Under the pieces are notes generated by a model. It saw nothing but the letters and a program-made list of their open reading frames with translations, did not search any database and had not been told where the DNA came from. Below, piece by piece: positions 12,251 through 24,101 of a stretch of DNA of 64,000 nucleotides. The stretch lies in the NCBI RefSeq assembly GCF_006345805.1, contig NC_043007.1:61752001-61816000 (forward strand), written 5' to 3'. Origin of the DNA: Octopus sinensis. Taxonomy: Eukaryota. Both the position numbers and the translations under genes were made by a program. Within the stretch, counting starts at the first letter, position 1. Each line of letters begins with the position of its first letter.

Positions 12251-12747
12251 GTCAAAGTTAGACTTACCACATCAGCTCAGACTAAGATTGAAAGTTGTCT
12301 GCTGTTCTTACTAAAAAGTTGAAAATAGTACATTATCTATTGACCAAATTTTTTTTTTGTTTTTATTCATCACATAATTATTTGTTGTTAACTCTCAGTG
12401 GTCTGAACATTAAATTGTTAAGACTAATTTATACATTAATCTAACTCATTCTTATTCATCAGTCTGAAGGGTCTTGGGAATGCTACAATTACAGTCCCAT
12501 TTCAGTTTAGATTTTTAAAAAAATGAATATTTTGCTCAGAGGAAGGCAAAATGGTAATTATGAATATTTCTCTTCTTTATTTGTCAAGTAGGCCATAGTT
12601 TGATAGCATTCAAGTGAGATAGTTTCTAATTAAAATTAGTTGCTATTTCAAAAATCCTGGAGTATAATAAATAAATGAACAGCCAAAACGGAAAACAACT
12701 TAACTGTGTTTACTAAAAATATTATATGTTTATATCATTATTTTCAG

Positions 12748-12900
12748 AAACTGGTACATCTTCAAAGTGAAGAAAACAGAATGAAGGCAGTACCTCAGAA
12801 GATGGTGGAAATCAAGCAACCACTTGCAGAGATGCAGAACTATTCAATTTGTACTTTTAACTCAATAGAGTTGGCTAAACGGGAACTAGTGAATACATTG
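12748..12900 (+). CDS. CFAP92: CFAP92-like exon (153 nt, phase 0 to 0)
   Basis: Acceptor attattttcag, donor gtaaga; KLVHLQSEE...MQNYSICTFNSIELAKRELVNTL (NYS..T.NS.ELAK motif). Confidence 0.8.
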
Positions 12901-14894
12901 GTAAGATGTATCTTGTAATTCTACTGGAGGTAGATGTAGTAATAGGCTGACTAACGGCATAGGATCATGTACTGTAACCAGTGGCAGCTTGGAGATAAAA
13001 TTAGTGGGGGTGCGGCATCAGAAAGTTTTTAGCCATTGTTTTAATATTATGTAAAAGGAAACAAACATATAAGAAGAAAATTTATACATAAACTTGATCG
13101 GTTCACATTTTAGCCACTGCCAGATAGTGTATTTAATATGTTCACTGAACACTGCTGTGAATTCCCACCTTGTTTTTCGAAAATTCCCCCTAAATCACAA
13201 AATAAGGGGGCAAAATCTGCCCTATTTTTCAAATCCTTGCAGAACACTGTCACTGGAAGCAGGATTATAATCTAATTCTACACTTCATCACATTCAATAA
13301 TATAAACATTTTTAAGCACAACACATACATAGTCAAAAAGAAACACTACCTTTCACCAGCACACCAGGGTCGGCACTGCGTGAAGCACAGTGGTTTCTTT
13401 CCCTAGCATGCAGCTTCCTATCTTGAACATGTGAGGATGTGCACAACAGCCAAACATTGCATTGCTGGAACTGTGAAGTGCACAGTTCTGTACAAGGATT
13501 TTTGTATTTTTTTTCATAAACTAGGGGATGGCTACTAACATTAAGCTTAAGGATTATATAATGTACATGTAAAAAGAAAGAATTAAAGAAAAAAAGGACT
13601 CATTATATTGAATGTTATTGATATCGGGTGGAAATAGTGGGTGCTGTAGTTCTGCAGTGCCTATACACAAGCTGCCACTGATTGTAATTAACCTAACCCT
13701 CTAGGGTCTCAGCCAACAAGCCAAGGTTTTCTATATTTTCCCTGGTATAGCTCTGTGTTTCTGGAAAAAACACTTAACTGCAGTTGGTTTACCCTATCTG
13801 AGTGTAAATAAACTCAATGAAATGAGAATGTGGTAATCAGTGGGAGCACTATAACTGAAGTATATTCCAGTTGTTGTTTTGCCCCAGGTCAGCCCTGGTC
13901 AAATAGAACTCTAATAAAATATTTTTTATTGAACTATGGTTAAATATTTCATCAAAGATTTTATACTTAGCACTTGAATTTTGTAGGGTATGATATGAGA
14001 GAGATTTTGTTGCTATTTCATGCAAGTTGAAGAGTTCAAATATAATATTCTAATAGTTAGAAGTTGATCAACCCTTTTGATACCAACCTCCCTGAGACTG
14101 CCCCCAATTCTTTGACCACACTGATCTAAATTTTAACCTTACATCAAAATTTGATATTAATTTGTTCCAAACACCTGATTAATAATGACAAATTCTTCAG
14201 TATTTACAAAATCAATTGAAACAAAGACAGCATATTTCAACAGAAATCTGGTAACAAACAGGTTATTAATAACAAAATTATTTTACTAAATTCTTCATTG
14301 TATTCATTGTTAATTGCAACAAAGGCTGTGTATTTCAGCTGAAATATGGTAATTATAGGTTAATGCCTGCTGTACTGTATTATTTATTCAAAGTCTGGGG
14401 CTGTCGAGTAGGCAGAAATGATATAAAGTGGAACTAAAATCTTTTACAGTATTCAGTTTCATTCCCCTAGAATCTGGTGTTGAATCCTGCTGCGGACTGC
14501 TATGTCTTCTATCACTGTTATTTGTTATTATGGACTCAATAAAAAATTTCACATATTGAGATAAATTGAAATAAATTTACCATAATTTTCTACTTTGTTC
14601 CATTTAACAAGCCAAAGAGATAAAAACCCACTAAAAAAACTTGTTTCTAAAGATTTTAAATTTATGGAACCAATAAAAAGAGACAGATACACCTTAGACA
14701 TTACTGGTATTAGTTATTTGGTTTGTCATGGACATACTATCAAACTACAAGTACATCACATTAAAATTCTAACATTACAACTATTATCACTTTACACTAA
14801 GCTGTGACTAGAGTAGCAGGGTTTGATTTTTCTTTGTACTGGAATTCCAGGCATATGTTACTAAAATTATAAGAGGTTTACTTGAGTCGTCGTC

Positions 14895-15150
14895 ATTGTC
14901 GTCGTCATCATCATCATCATTAATATCCATTTTCCATGTTGGTATGGGTTGGATGGCTTGACAGGAACTGGCAAGGCTAGGGGCTGTACCAGGTTCCATA
15001 GTCTATTTTAGCTTGGTTTCTATGACTGGATGCCCTTCCTAATGCCAACCACTTTACAGAATGTACTGGGTGCTTTTTATGTGGAACCATTACCTGTGCT
15101 TTTTATGTGACACCAGCACCCACACCAATGCTTTTTCATGGTACCTTGGT
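14895..15150 (-). mobile_element. RTE family D 3' end (decayed)
   Basis: (CAT)n tail and ctggatgcccttcctaatgccaaccac. Confidence 0.65.
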
Positions 15151-15369
15151 TTTAGGATTTCAAAGGAATGATTTATCAATATACATATCATTATTGATTT
15201 CACAAACAGTCTTCTTTCTTTTTATTCATGTCAGACTCTTTATTCAGGTACTCAGCTTCTGAAGTATTCTGAAGATAAATTACTGAGTCTTGATGATGTA
15301 GGATTGATTCCAAATCTGTTTAACTAAAGCATGTGCTCACAAGACTTTTACTTACGCTTTTATTGGTTA

Positions 15370-15750
15370 TCTGATAAGAAGTTTGCTTCCCAACTACATG
15401 TGCTTTGGGTTTAGTCTCACTGCATGACATCTTGGGCAAGTGTCTTCTACAATAGCCATGGGCCAACCAAAGCCTTGTGAATGGATTTGGTAGAAGGAAA
15501 CTAAAAAAAGCCTATTGTATGTGTGTGTGTGTGTGCATGTGTGTGTGTGCATGTGTGTGTATGTTGACCATCGGTGTTGGTGTGTTTATGTTCATGTAAC
15601 TTAGTGGTTTGGCAACATAAACCAATAGAATAAATACCAGGCTTAAAAAAACATAAGTACTTGGGTTGATTCATTTGACTAAAATTCTTCAAGGTGGTGC
15701 CCCAGCATGGCTGCAGTTTAATGACTGAAATAAGTAAAAGATAAAAGATA
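15370..15750 (+). mobile_element. SINE family A, near full length
   Basis: tRNA-like head, gatttggtag..ggaaact core, internal (GT)n and a taaaagataaaagata tail. Confidence 0.8.
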
Positions 15751-16115
15751 TCTAGTCAACAAGCCTTAAAAATAAGTCTCTGGATGTCATAAATATCATA
15801 AGGGGACATTTTTCATAAATGTTAATGATGAAGTACAGTTATTTAAATTTCTTGACAAAGGTTCATTGGCAGCAATTTTAAGTGATTCTTTGAACTTCAT
15901 TGTGCAATTTTTCTGTATTTCAACTTTCACTGTCCGGTTATGTTTTGGTCACAACTTGTTGTTTAAATAGTTTCATATTTGTATATTTATATTCATGTGG
16001 AAGATAGAAATGGTGAGTGAGAGATAGAAAGATGAGGTGAGAGATAGAGAGGTGAAAGGATGAGAAAGGAAGTTGATAAAGAGTAGAATACATTTATTTT
16101 TATTTCCTATTTTAG

Positions 16116-16313
16116 GACAAGAACACATTATATACTTATGGCCCTGAGTTCCATCACACAATGACAATTCCGCCTGTCAAGGATACATTAGTGAAAAGTG
16201 AAAAACCTTTAAAGAAAAACAGAAGGTGGATTCTTGCTCAACAAAAATCTATCCTTCAACGTCATGTACCAATTCAGAGACCCTCTGAAGCTAGATTGGA
16301 AGAAATATACCAG
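16116..16313 (+). CDS. CFAP92: CFAP92-like exon (198 nt, phase 0 to 0)
   Basis: Acceptor tttcctattttag, donor gtattt; DKNTLYTYGPEFHHTMTIPPVKD...RPSEARLEEIYQ. Confidence 0.8.
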
Positions 16314-17759
16314 GTATTTAATTTTAACAGTACAATTATTTCCAGAATTTAAAAAAAAGTCCAAATAGATTTTGGTAGTGACTTATAACCCATCAATTGC
16401 AGATGTCTATGTAAGGATGACTTGTTGACAATAATTGACATGGGCTAAAAGACTAAAGAATAGAAGTTCCTTAAATGGATTTCTTGCAGTATTTATTCCA
16501 GCTCTTTGTGTTCTAAGTTCGAATCACACTGAGGTCAACTTTGTCTTTCTTCCTTTCAGGGTTGATAAAGTACCAATCAGTGTGGCAGACTGGCAGAATC
16601 ATTAAAAGCTGAATGGGATACTTAGTGGTCTTTGTTCTGGTTCTTTGTATTAAAGAGGTCAAATCTAGCTGTGGTCCACCAGCCCCCTTGGAAGGGATTG
16701 AATCCTTACCCAGGTGCACATCTATAGGTAATGTTGGATAGCATTAGATCCATGGTATTCAACTTACCGAGAGCAGAAAATACCTGATGATGCAGAAATA
16801 TCAATGAGAAGGAACAAGTATTTTATTTATGAAATTATACCAATTGTTTTAATAAAAAAAGGACTTTATTCAGTTAAGAATTAAATTGCTAAAGTCTTAA
16901 TGTGATGAATTACAAAGTTTGATGAAAGATCTTTAAAGCAAACTCAAAATGCAGAACATAATTCAAATGTTATTTTCACCAGAATTTGGTAAATTTATAC
17001 AAAATTCATGCAAATACATAAATTAGACAACTGCATTTATTCACTCATTAATTTTCTTTTCAATCTAATGCTTTTTTTAATCCTTAGATTTTCCCTAAGT
17101 CATAAGCCTTACTTTGTGATATAAATTATAGGCTATATAAACTATGGTGACTGATATCTGTAAGTTTACAAACTCAGTCAGATTACTAGCCTGGTGTTAT
17201 ATATCTTAGGCAAGACAACGTTCTTGAAACTATTGTCACTGATATGAGATCAAAGACAATACACAGTTACTACTACTACTACTACTACTACCTCCCCTTT
17301 GCAAATATAAGGACACAGAAAATGTATCAAAGCCGACAGGAAACGTCGATGTTTCCTAGGGCTAAATGGCGGTGGTGTAATTCCCTTACGGGACTGTCAC
17401 GTTGAGTTGACAGTATAAAACTACTATATCACTCCACCACCACTCATGTCTCTCTGAGACATTTAGAAATTCATACATACATATATATATATATGTATGT
17501 GTGTGTGTATACAAATACATATATGTGTATATATATATGTACATACACATGCATACATATATATACCTATACAAAAGTACGTACATATGGACATGCATAT
17601 ATGTATACACACGAATCATATGTAACCACACACATACTTAGTAATATTATGTGTATACTTACACATTGACACATACATAAATACATGCAAATACACACGT
17701 ATATACTTATGACAGTATACATATGTGTGTACACTTGTATTAATATGTCAACAGACATG

Positions 17760-18690
17760 GAACTTGACTGAGGAAAGAAAACTCTGAATGACCCGTCCTT
17801 GTTTTCTTTATATCATCTGTCTGGATGTTTTGTTGTCCCGTTTTTGTATCACTGTCTGGATGTTTTGTGTTCTTGTCCCATTTTTGTAAATTTTTTTATA
17901 TATGAAAATATAGTGGCGTACGTACACTTTGGTCTCTTATATGCAAGTATATATATATCTAAATTTTGTACAACTCTATTATTCTTTCTATTCTTTCATT
18001 CTTTCTTCTTTCTATCAGCTCCTTCACACTTACTTTGTTCATTCCACTCTTCGTTCTTTCATTCCCCCTCTCTCACATTTCCTGGCCTTCTCTTCATGCT
18101 TACCTTCCCTCCTCTTTCACTCCATTCTGTCCCTCTCAATTTTTTCTCACCCCTTCTTTTTCTTCTGTCCCTCTATCTCTACCTCTCTCTCTTCTCTCTC
18201 ATGTGACTGGTGTTTGGCCAAGCCAGACCTTTCTTTCTTGGTTTGACTACCATCCGTGCAACATCTATATTCCTCCCTGTGCCTGTCAAATCATATGTCC
18301 CTGCCATAAGGCTTTACTTCCACACATGCCAGCTTAATTTAATTCGTTCTTAGTCGAAAGACACCCGTTGTTAATGTCCTGTTATTTGTATTTGTGTACC
18401 ATTTCTCCGTTTTTTTTTTCCGTTCTTGCTTTCATTTACATTTGCTTGCTTTCTTCCAAGGAATCTCATGCTCTTAGCTTAGTTTTTCCTTGGGGCTGAC
18501 CAGACTGGAGCAATCTTGAGTATAACCAGTTGAAGTTGCCAAGATAATCCGGAACTCGACTGAGGAAAGAAAACTCCGAATGACCTGTCCTTGTTTTCTT
18601 TGTATCATTTGTCTGGATGTTTTGTTGTCCCTTTTTTGTATCACCTAACTGTCTGGATGTCTTGCGTTCTTGTCCCATTTTTGTATTTAC
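17760..18690. mobile_element. Element bounded by ~130-bp direct repeats (17760-17890 / 18555-18690); Penelope pseudo-LTR-like
   Basis: gaact(t/c)gactgaggaaagaaaactc(t/c)gaatgacc..tcttgtcccattttgta occurs twice; the pyrimidine-rich interior is non-coding. Confidence 0.55.
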
Positions 18691-18744
18691 ATAAATATAT
18701 ATATATATAATGTGCAGTTCTTGGTCTTCAGTTTGCTGTACTGA

Positions 18745-19150
18745 AAAAAAACCGGATTTTTCCATGGCCGTTGCCAGTACCGCCTGACTGTCCCTCGTGT
18801 TGGTGGCACATAAAAGCACCCACTACACTCTCAGAGTTGTTCGCGTTAGGAAGGGCATCCAGCTGTAGAAGCTCTGTTAAATCAAGATTGGAGCCTGATG
18901 CAGCCATCTGGTTCGCTAGTCGTCAGTCAAATTGTCCAACCCATGCCAGCATGGGATGATGATCATCATCATCGTTTAACGTCTGCTTTCCATGCTGGCA
19001 TGGGTTGGACGATTTTGACTGAGGGCTGGTGAACCAGATGGCTGCACCAGGCTCCAATCTGATCTGGCAGAGTTTCTACAGCTTGATGCCCTTCCTAACG
19101 CCAACCACTCCGAGAGTGTAGTGGGTGCTTTTTACGTGCCACCGGCATCA
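18745..19150. mobile_element. Two RTE family D 3' ends, tail to tail (+ 18745-18960, - 18962-19150)
   Basis: ...caacccatgccagcatgg gatgat|gatcatcatc..ccatgctggcatgggttgg. Confidence 0.8.
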
Positions 19151-19403
19151 TGATGATGATGATGATATATATATATATATATAGATAATCAGTAAATCAT
19201 AAATCTGTAAGAGAGGTACATTCTAAGTTGTAGAGCAGTAGAGTAATTAGATAAAGATAATTATAACCAGTCTATGGGGTTACCCTGGGTTTCACATCCC
19301 AAAGTGCTTGGCTTTATGGCGTTTCTTCAAACCCAAGAGTTTATTGGTTTCTTTGCATAATTATGCCAATCTGTCTGTCTGTCCCTCTCTCTGCACACAC
19401 ACA

Positions 19404-19467
<64 letters not shown>

Positions 19468-19524
19468 ACACATAGAGAGAGAGAGAGAGAGAGTAAGAGA
19501 GAGAGAAAGAGACAATCATTATCA

Positions 19525-20430
19525 TCATCATCATCATTTAACATCCGTTCTCCATGCTAGCATGGGTTGGACGGTTCGACCAGTGATCTGGGAAGCCAGA
19601 AGGCTGCACCAGGCTCCAGTCTGATCTGGCAGTGTTTCTACAGCTGGATGCCCTTCCTAACGCCAACCACTCCGAGAGTGTAGTGGGTGCTTTTTACGTG
19701 CCAGGCGAGGCTAGCAACGGCCACAATTGGATTGGTGCTTTTTACGTGCCACCGGCACGGAAGCCAGTCAAGGCGGCGCTGGCATGGGCCACGTTCGGAT
19801 GGTGCTTTTTACGTGCCACCGTTTCACAACTGCAGTTTCCATTGGTCTTTGATGTTGGTGTCCTTGACTCAATGGATCTCCTCAAGCACAGGGTCAAAAC
19901 GGTGTTTCTTTACTTGCCACCTGCACAGGAGTCAGTCCAGCGGCTCTTGCAACTGCCAGGTGCCAGTCATAGGATTGGTTCAATTTTGAATTCGATTTCG
20001 ACTTCGCTTGCCTCAACAGGTCTTTGTGTGTCCAAGGAAGGAAAAGTATGCATAAGTGGGCTGGCTACATCCCTGGCAAGGGACACAGGATGGACTCACT
20101 TATCCTGCCGGGTCTTCTCACGCACAGCATATTTCTAAAGGTCTCGGTCACTAGTCATTGCCTCAGTGAGGCCTAAAGTTCGAAGGTCATGCTTCACCAC
20201 CTCGTCCCAGGTTTTCCTGGGTTTGCCTCTTCCACGAGTTCCCTCAACTGCTAGGGATTAGCACTTTTTCACACACCTATCTTCATCCATTATTCCTACA
20301 TGACCATACCAGCGCAATCGTCTCTCTTGCACACCACAGCTGATGCTTCTTAGGTCCAACTTTTCTCTCAAGGACTTACACTCTGTCGAGTGTGTACACA
20401 GACATTACACATCCATTGGAGCATACTGGC
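19525..20430 (-). mobile_element. 5'-truncated RTE LINE: ORF2 C-terminus plus the long family D 3' UTR
   Basis: The - strand translates to RRLRWYGHV..DEDRCVKKC*..GTRGRGKPRKTWDEVVKHDL..MTSDRDL, then UTR and (GAT)n tail. Confidence 0.85.
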
Positions 20431-20696
20431 TTCATTCCTCATTCATAATGATGCAAATAAACCAATAAACACACTTGAGCTTGAAATATAAATTATACAT
20501 ACATATATATGTAAATATATATAGGGATATATATATATATATATATATAATTTATATATAGAGGGCATTATACATACATGCCAGATGGCATTATACATAC
20601 ATGCCACACGCTAAGAGGGACAATTAGTCATTTCTACCAAAAATATTACTAATCCCACCGAATGCAATTTTTCAAAGTAAGACATTTAAAAAATAT

Positions 20697-20744
20697 AGAC
20701 CTGTATCACCGTGATTTCATACTTACGTATTCATCAGCAGGCCT
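20697..20744 (-). ncRNA. Minimal type I hammerhead ribozyme, copy 1
   Basis: aggcctg-CTGATGA-atac gtaa gtat-GAAA-tcac g gtga-T-A-caggtct. All core nucleotides are intact, with a 7-bp stem I, a GNRA-capped stem II and predicted cleavage after A20704. Confidence 0.88.
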
Positions 20745-21172
20745 GGATGTATCATACATAAACGACCCTGCCTCGCTTAAGCCGATCAGCTAACTGATCA
20801 ACATCAACGAAGCACATGGGTGAGTTTACATATATTACATCCTGTAAATGTCAGACTTTTACGAATTGCATTTCGGGAAAGGAAAAGTTTTTTCGAAATA
20901 AAAATTTAGCAATTAAGGACAACTACTTAATAAGGAAAACTTAACAAGAAATTGTCAGGTAGATAGCATGAAAACCTCATAAGAGAAAAAATTTCGAAAA
21001 TAATTATTTCTTATTGAACATATTAATTTATATATAGAGGGCATTATACATACATGCCAGATGGCATTATACATACATGCCACACGCTAAGAGGGACAAT
21101 TAGTCATTTCTACCAAAAATATTACTAATCCCACCGAATGCAATTTTTCAAAGTAAGACATTTAAAAAATAT

Positions 21173-21220
21173 AGACCTGTATCACCGTGATTTCATACTT
21201 ACGTATTCATCAGCAGGCCT
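21173..21220 (-). ncRNA. Minimal type I hammerhead ribozyme, copy 2
   Basis: Identical to copy 1, offset by 476 nt; predicted cleavage after A21180. Confidence 0.88.
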
Positions 21221-21454
21221 GGATGTATCATACATAAACGACCCTGCCTTGCTTAAGCCGATCAGCTAACTGATCAACATCAACGAAGCACATGGGTGAG
21301 TTTACATATATTACATCCTGTAAATGTCAGACTTTTACGAATTGCATTTCGGGAAAGGAAAAGTTTTTTCGGAATAAAAATTTAGCAATTAAGGACAACT
21401 ACTTAATAAGGAAAACTTAACAAGAAATTGTCAGGTAGATAGCGTGAAAACCTC

Positions 21455-21493
<39 letters not shown>

Positions 21494-21764
21494 TATATAT
21501 ATATGTAAGGCAAGGATGAAAATGGCGAAGATAATTAATTGATAAACATCAGCTAGATCTATTTATTAATTACAATCATATAAATAAATAAATAAATAAA
21601 TAAAAAATAAATAAGAATAAATGAGTGAATATAACCCTACTCTTACAGCTGTTTCTACTTTGGGGATCCAGCATGCCAAAGGTGACACATCATAGGAGGA
21701 TGTATATGTATATATATATGTATATATGTGTATGCGTGAGTGTGAATGTATGCCTGTATATCAT

Positions 21765-21950
21765 CATCATCATCATCATCATTTAGCGTCCGTTTTCCAT
21801 GCTAGCATGGGTTGGACGGTTCAACTGGGGTCTGTGAAGCTGGAAGGCTTCATCAGGCCCAGTCAGATCTGGCAGTGTTTCTACGGCTGGATGCCCATCC
21901 TAACGCCAACCACTCCGTGAGTGTAGTGGGTGCTTTTTACGTGCCACCCA
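21765..21950 (-). mobile_element. RTE family D 3' end (short)
   Basis: (CAT)n tail plus ttccatgctagcatgggttggacgg..ggtgctttttacgtgccacc. Confidence 0.75.
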
Positions 21951-21977
21951 ATATATTTTTATATATATATATATAAA

Positions 21978-22037
<60 letters not shown>

Positions 22038-22669
22038 TTTATATGTATAAATGTCTATATATATATATATATTTATTATGTTATGTGTATGCATGCAAAC
22101 ACCTATATGTATATGAGGATGAAGTTGCATACACATATACATAAATACATACATATATTTATATAACAAATGAAAGATGGAAGATGGAATATAGGAGAAT
22201 TTATTATTAATCATGACAATTGTTTCAACACATCTAGCATCGTTTCCTCTTGGGTGGGACACTCAACAACTTGTTCAGGAGCATCTGATGGTGCAGATGT
22301 ATCTTGTCGGGTGATAAATAAATAAATACAACTCGTTATACATGTGTGTGTGGATATTTGTGTATGTATGAGTACGTACATGTACATATATGTGTACATA
22401 TATGTTTGTGTGTGTATGTGCATGTACGTATATGTGTTTGTGTGAGTGTGTACATATGTGGATGTTATGAACACAGGAGGTTTATGTCTATGTATTGTGA
22501 GAATATGGTTGTGTGTATTTTTTATCTTTTTTTTTATTTCTTTTTCTACCTATTGGAGTAACTTCCCTTTTATTCAACGGTTTTTCCTACCATCTATTGC
22601 CATTAAAAGCTGGCGAGAATGCATCGTAGCTCTTCCCTCTGACATTCAAAACTCTGAGTACTATTCTTT

Positions 22670-22867
22670 TCTTTTATTCTTTTACTTGTTTCAGTCATTT
22701 GACTGCGGCTATGCTGGAGCACCACCTTTAGTCGAGCAAATCGCCCCCAGGACTTATTCTTTGTAAGCCTAGTACTTATTCTATCGGTCTCTAAGTGACG
22801 GGGACATAAATTCACTAGCATTGGTTGTCAAGCAATGTTGGGAGGACAAACACAGACATACAAACAT

Positions 22868-22911
<44 letters not shown>

Positions 22912-23073
22912 TACGGGCTTCTTTCAGTTTCCATCTACCAAATCCACTTACAATGCTTTGGTCAGCCCGAGGCTATAGCAGAAGACACTTGCCCAAAGTG
23001 CCACGCAGTGGGACTGAACCCACAACCATGTGGTTGGCAAGCAAGCTACTTACCACCCAGCCACTCCTGCACC
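22670..23073 (-). mobile_element. SINE family A, full length
   Basis: Reverse complement starts ggtgcaggagtggctgggtggtaagtagcttg (A box) and ggttcagtccc (B box), and ends ..actgaaacaagtaaaagaataaaag. Confidence 0.85.
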
Positions 23074-24066
23074 CATAATGACAATTTACTGTTGTTCTAA
23101 ATTATAACATATGTGTGAGTGTGTGTGTGTGTGTATGTGTGTGTGTGTGTGTGTGTGTGCATGTGTGTGTCTGTGTGTGTGGTAGCATATTAACCATACT
23201 GTTTGCAAACGTGAAATAGATAAGCATATTATCTCACATGTATATAAGAGTGAAGTCTGTCATTTGTATATGCATAGGGCAGTTGAGAAAAGGTAGAGCA
23301 CTGTAGGCTAAGAGATGAGAAAGTATGAGAGAAAGATAAAAAGATGTGTGACAAAGTAAAACCAAGTACAATATCATTGAAAAGATAGTTTGAAGAAATG
23401 TAGAATGAACTTCTTTTGGTGGAGACATGAAGACATTAACTCCAAATTTAGAATTTAATAGATTGAGATTTTATATTAGTATTCCAGATTTTTCGGAAAA
23501 GTAGTGGATTCGATGACAGACTATTTAATTTTGTTGTGAGAAATGCCTTTGTCTCGAAAATGTTGTTGCTGATCTTTTGGCTTTATGTCTAATCTGAATA
23601 TAGTTGGATTTGAATGAGTTCCCAGTAAGGCTTTCACAGCATTTTGTATCAATGTTGTTATTATTGTTGTTATGATTAATGGAAACCTTAGCACTAAAAG
23701 CAATACATTTCTGAGAGTATTAACTGTGTAGAAGGTATGTTCTTCTGTTATGATAGTTGTACTGAAATGAGGGACCATTTGTGGGAAGGGAAACTAATTT
23801 TTCCCTATTAATCAAGTTAAAAGAGTAGTGAAATTATTCTAAAGCTAGGACTTATTTTGAATTTAATTCTATTAAAAATTTCATGAAACTTATGGATACT
23901 AGGAAATTATCTTTTATCATGTATAACGAGTTGTATTTATTTATGTAGTCATGTTAGTGCTGACATACATCATGAAAGGGGTTGTGCCATTTAAATTTCT
24001 TGCATTTGAAGTTCCGTGTGAAGGGATACATACATACATACATACATACATACATACATACATACA

Positions 24067-24101
<35 letters not shown>

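Larger units (their letters stand above)
20548..21456 (-). mobile_element. 1.9-copy tandem array of a 476-bp hammerhead-containing unit (retrozyme/Penelope-like)
   Basis: 20548-20980 recurs at 21024-21456 with only 3 substitutions seen; each copy carries a hammerhead on the - strand; (TA)n flanks on both sides. Confidence 0.85.

Noticed and set aside
16728-16787. Apparent terminal exon VMLDSIRSMVFNLPRAENT* with a nearby AATAAA
   Set aside because: Poor acceptor next to a SINE remnant; exon 27630 continues the homology far better.
20725-20845. Splice-like signals on both strands within the 476-bp unit
   Set aside because: All frames contain stops; the apparent GTAAGT donor on the - strand is hammerhead stem-loop II.
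20548-21456. CRISPR-like or prokaryotic interpretation of any tandem repeat
   Set aside because: No repeat-spacer pattern and no cas genes; the context is eukaryotic.
23521-23778. 85-aa minus-strand ORF (..NAVKALLGTHSNPTIFRLDIKPK..)
   Set aside because: No recognisable homology and no partner exons.
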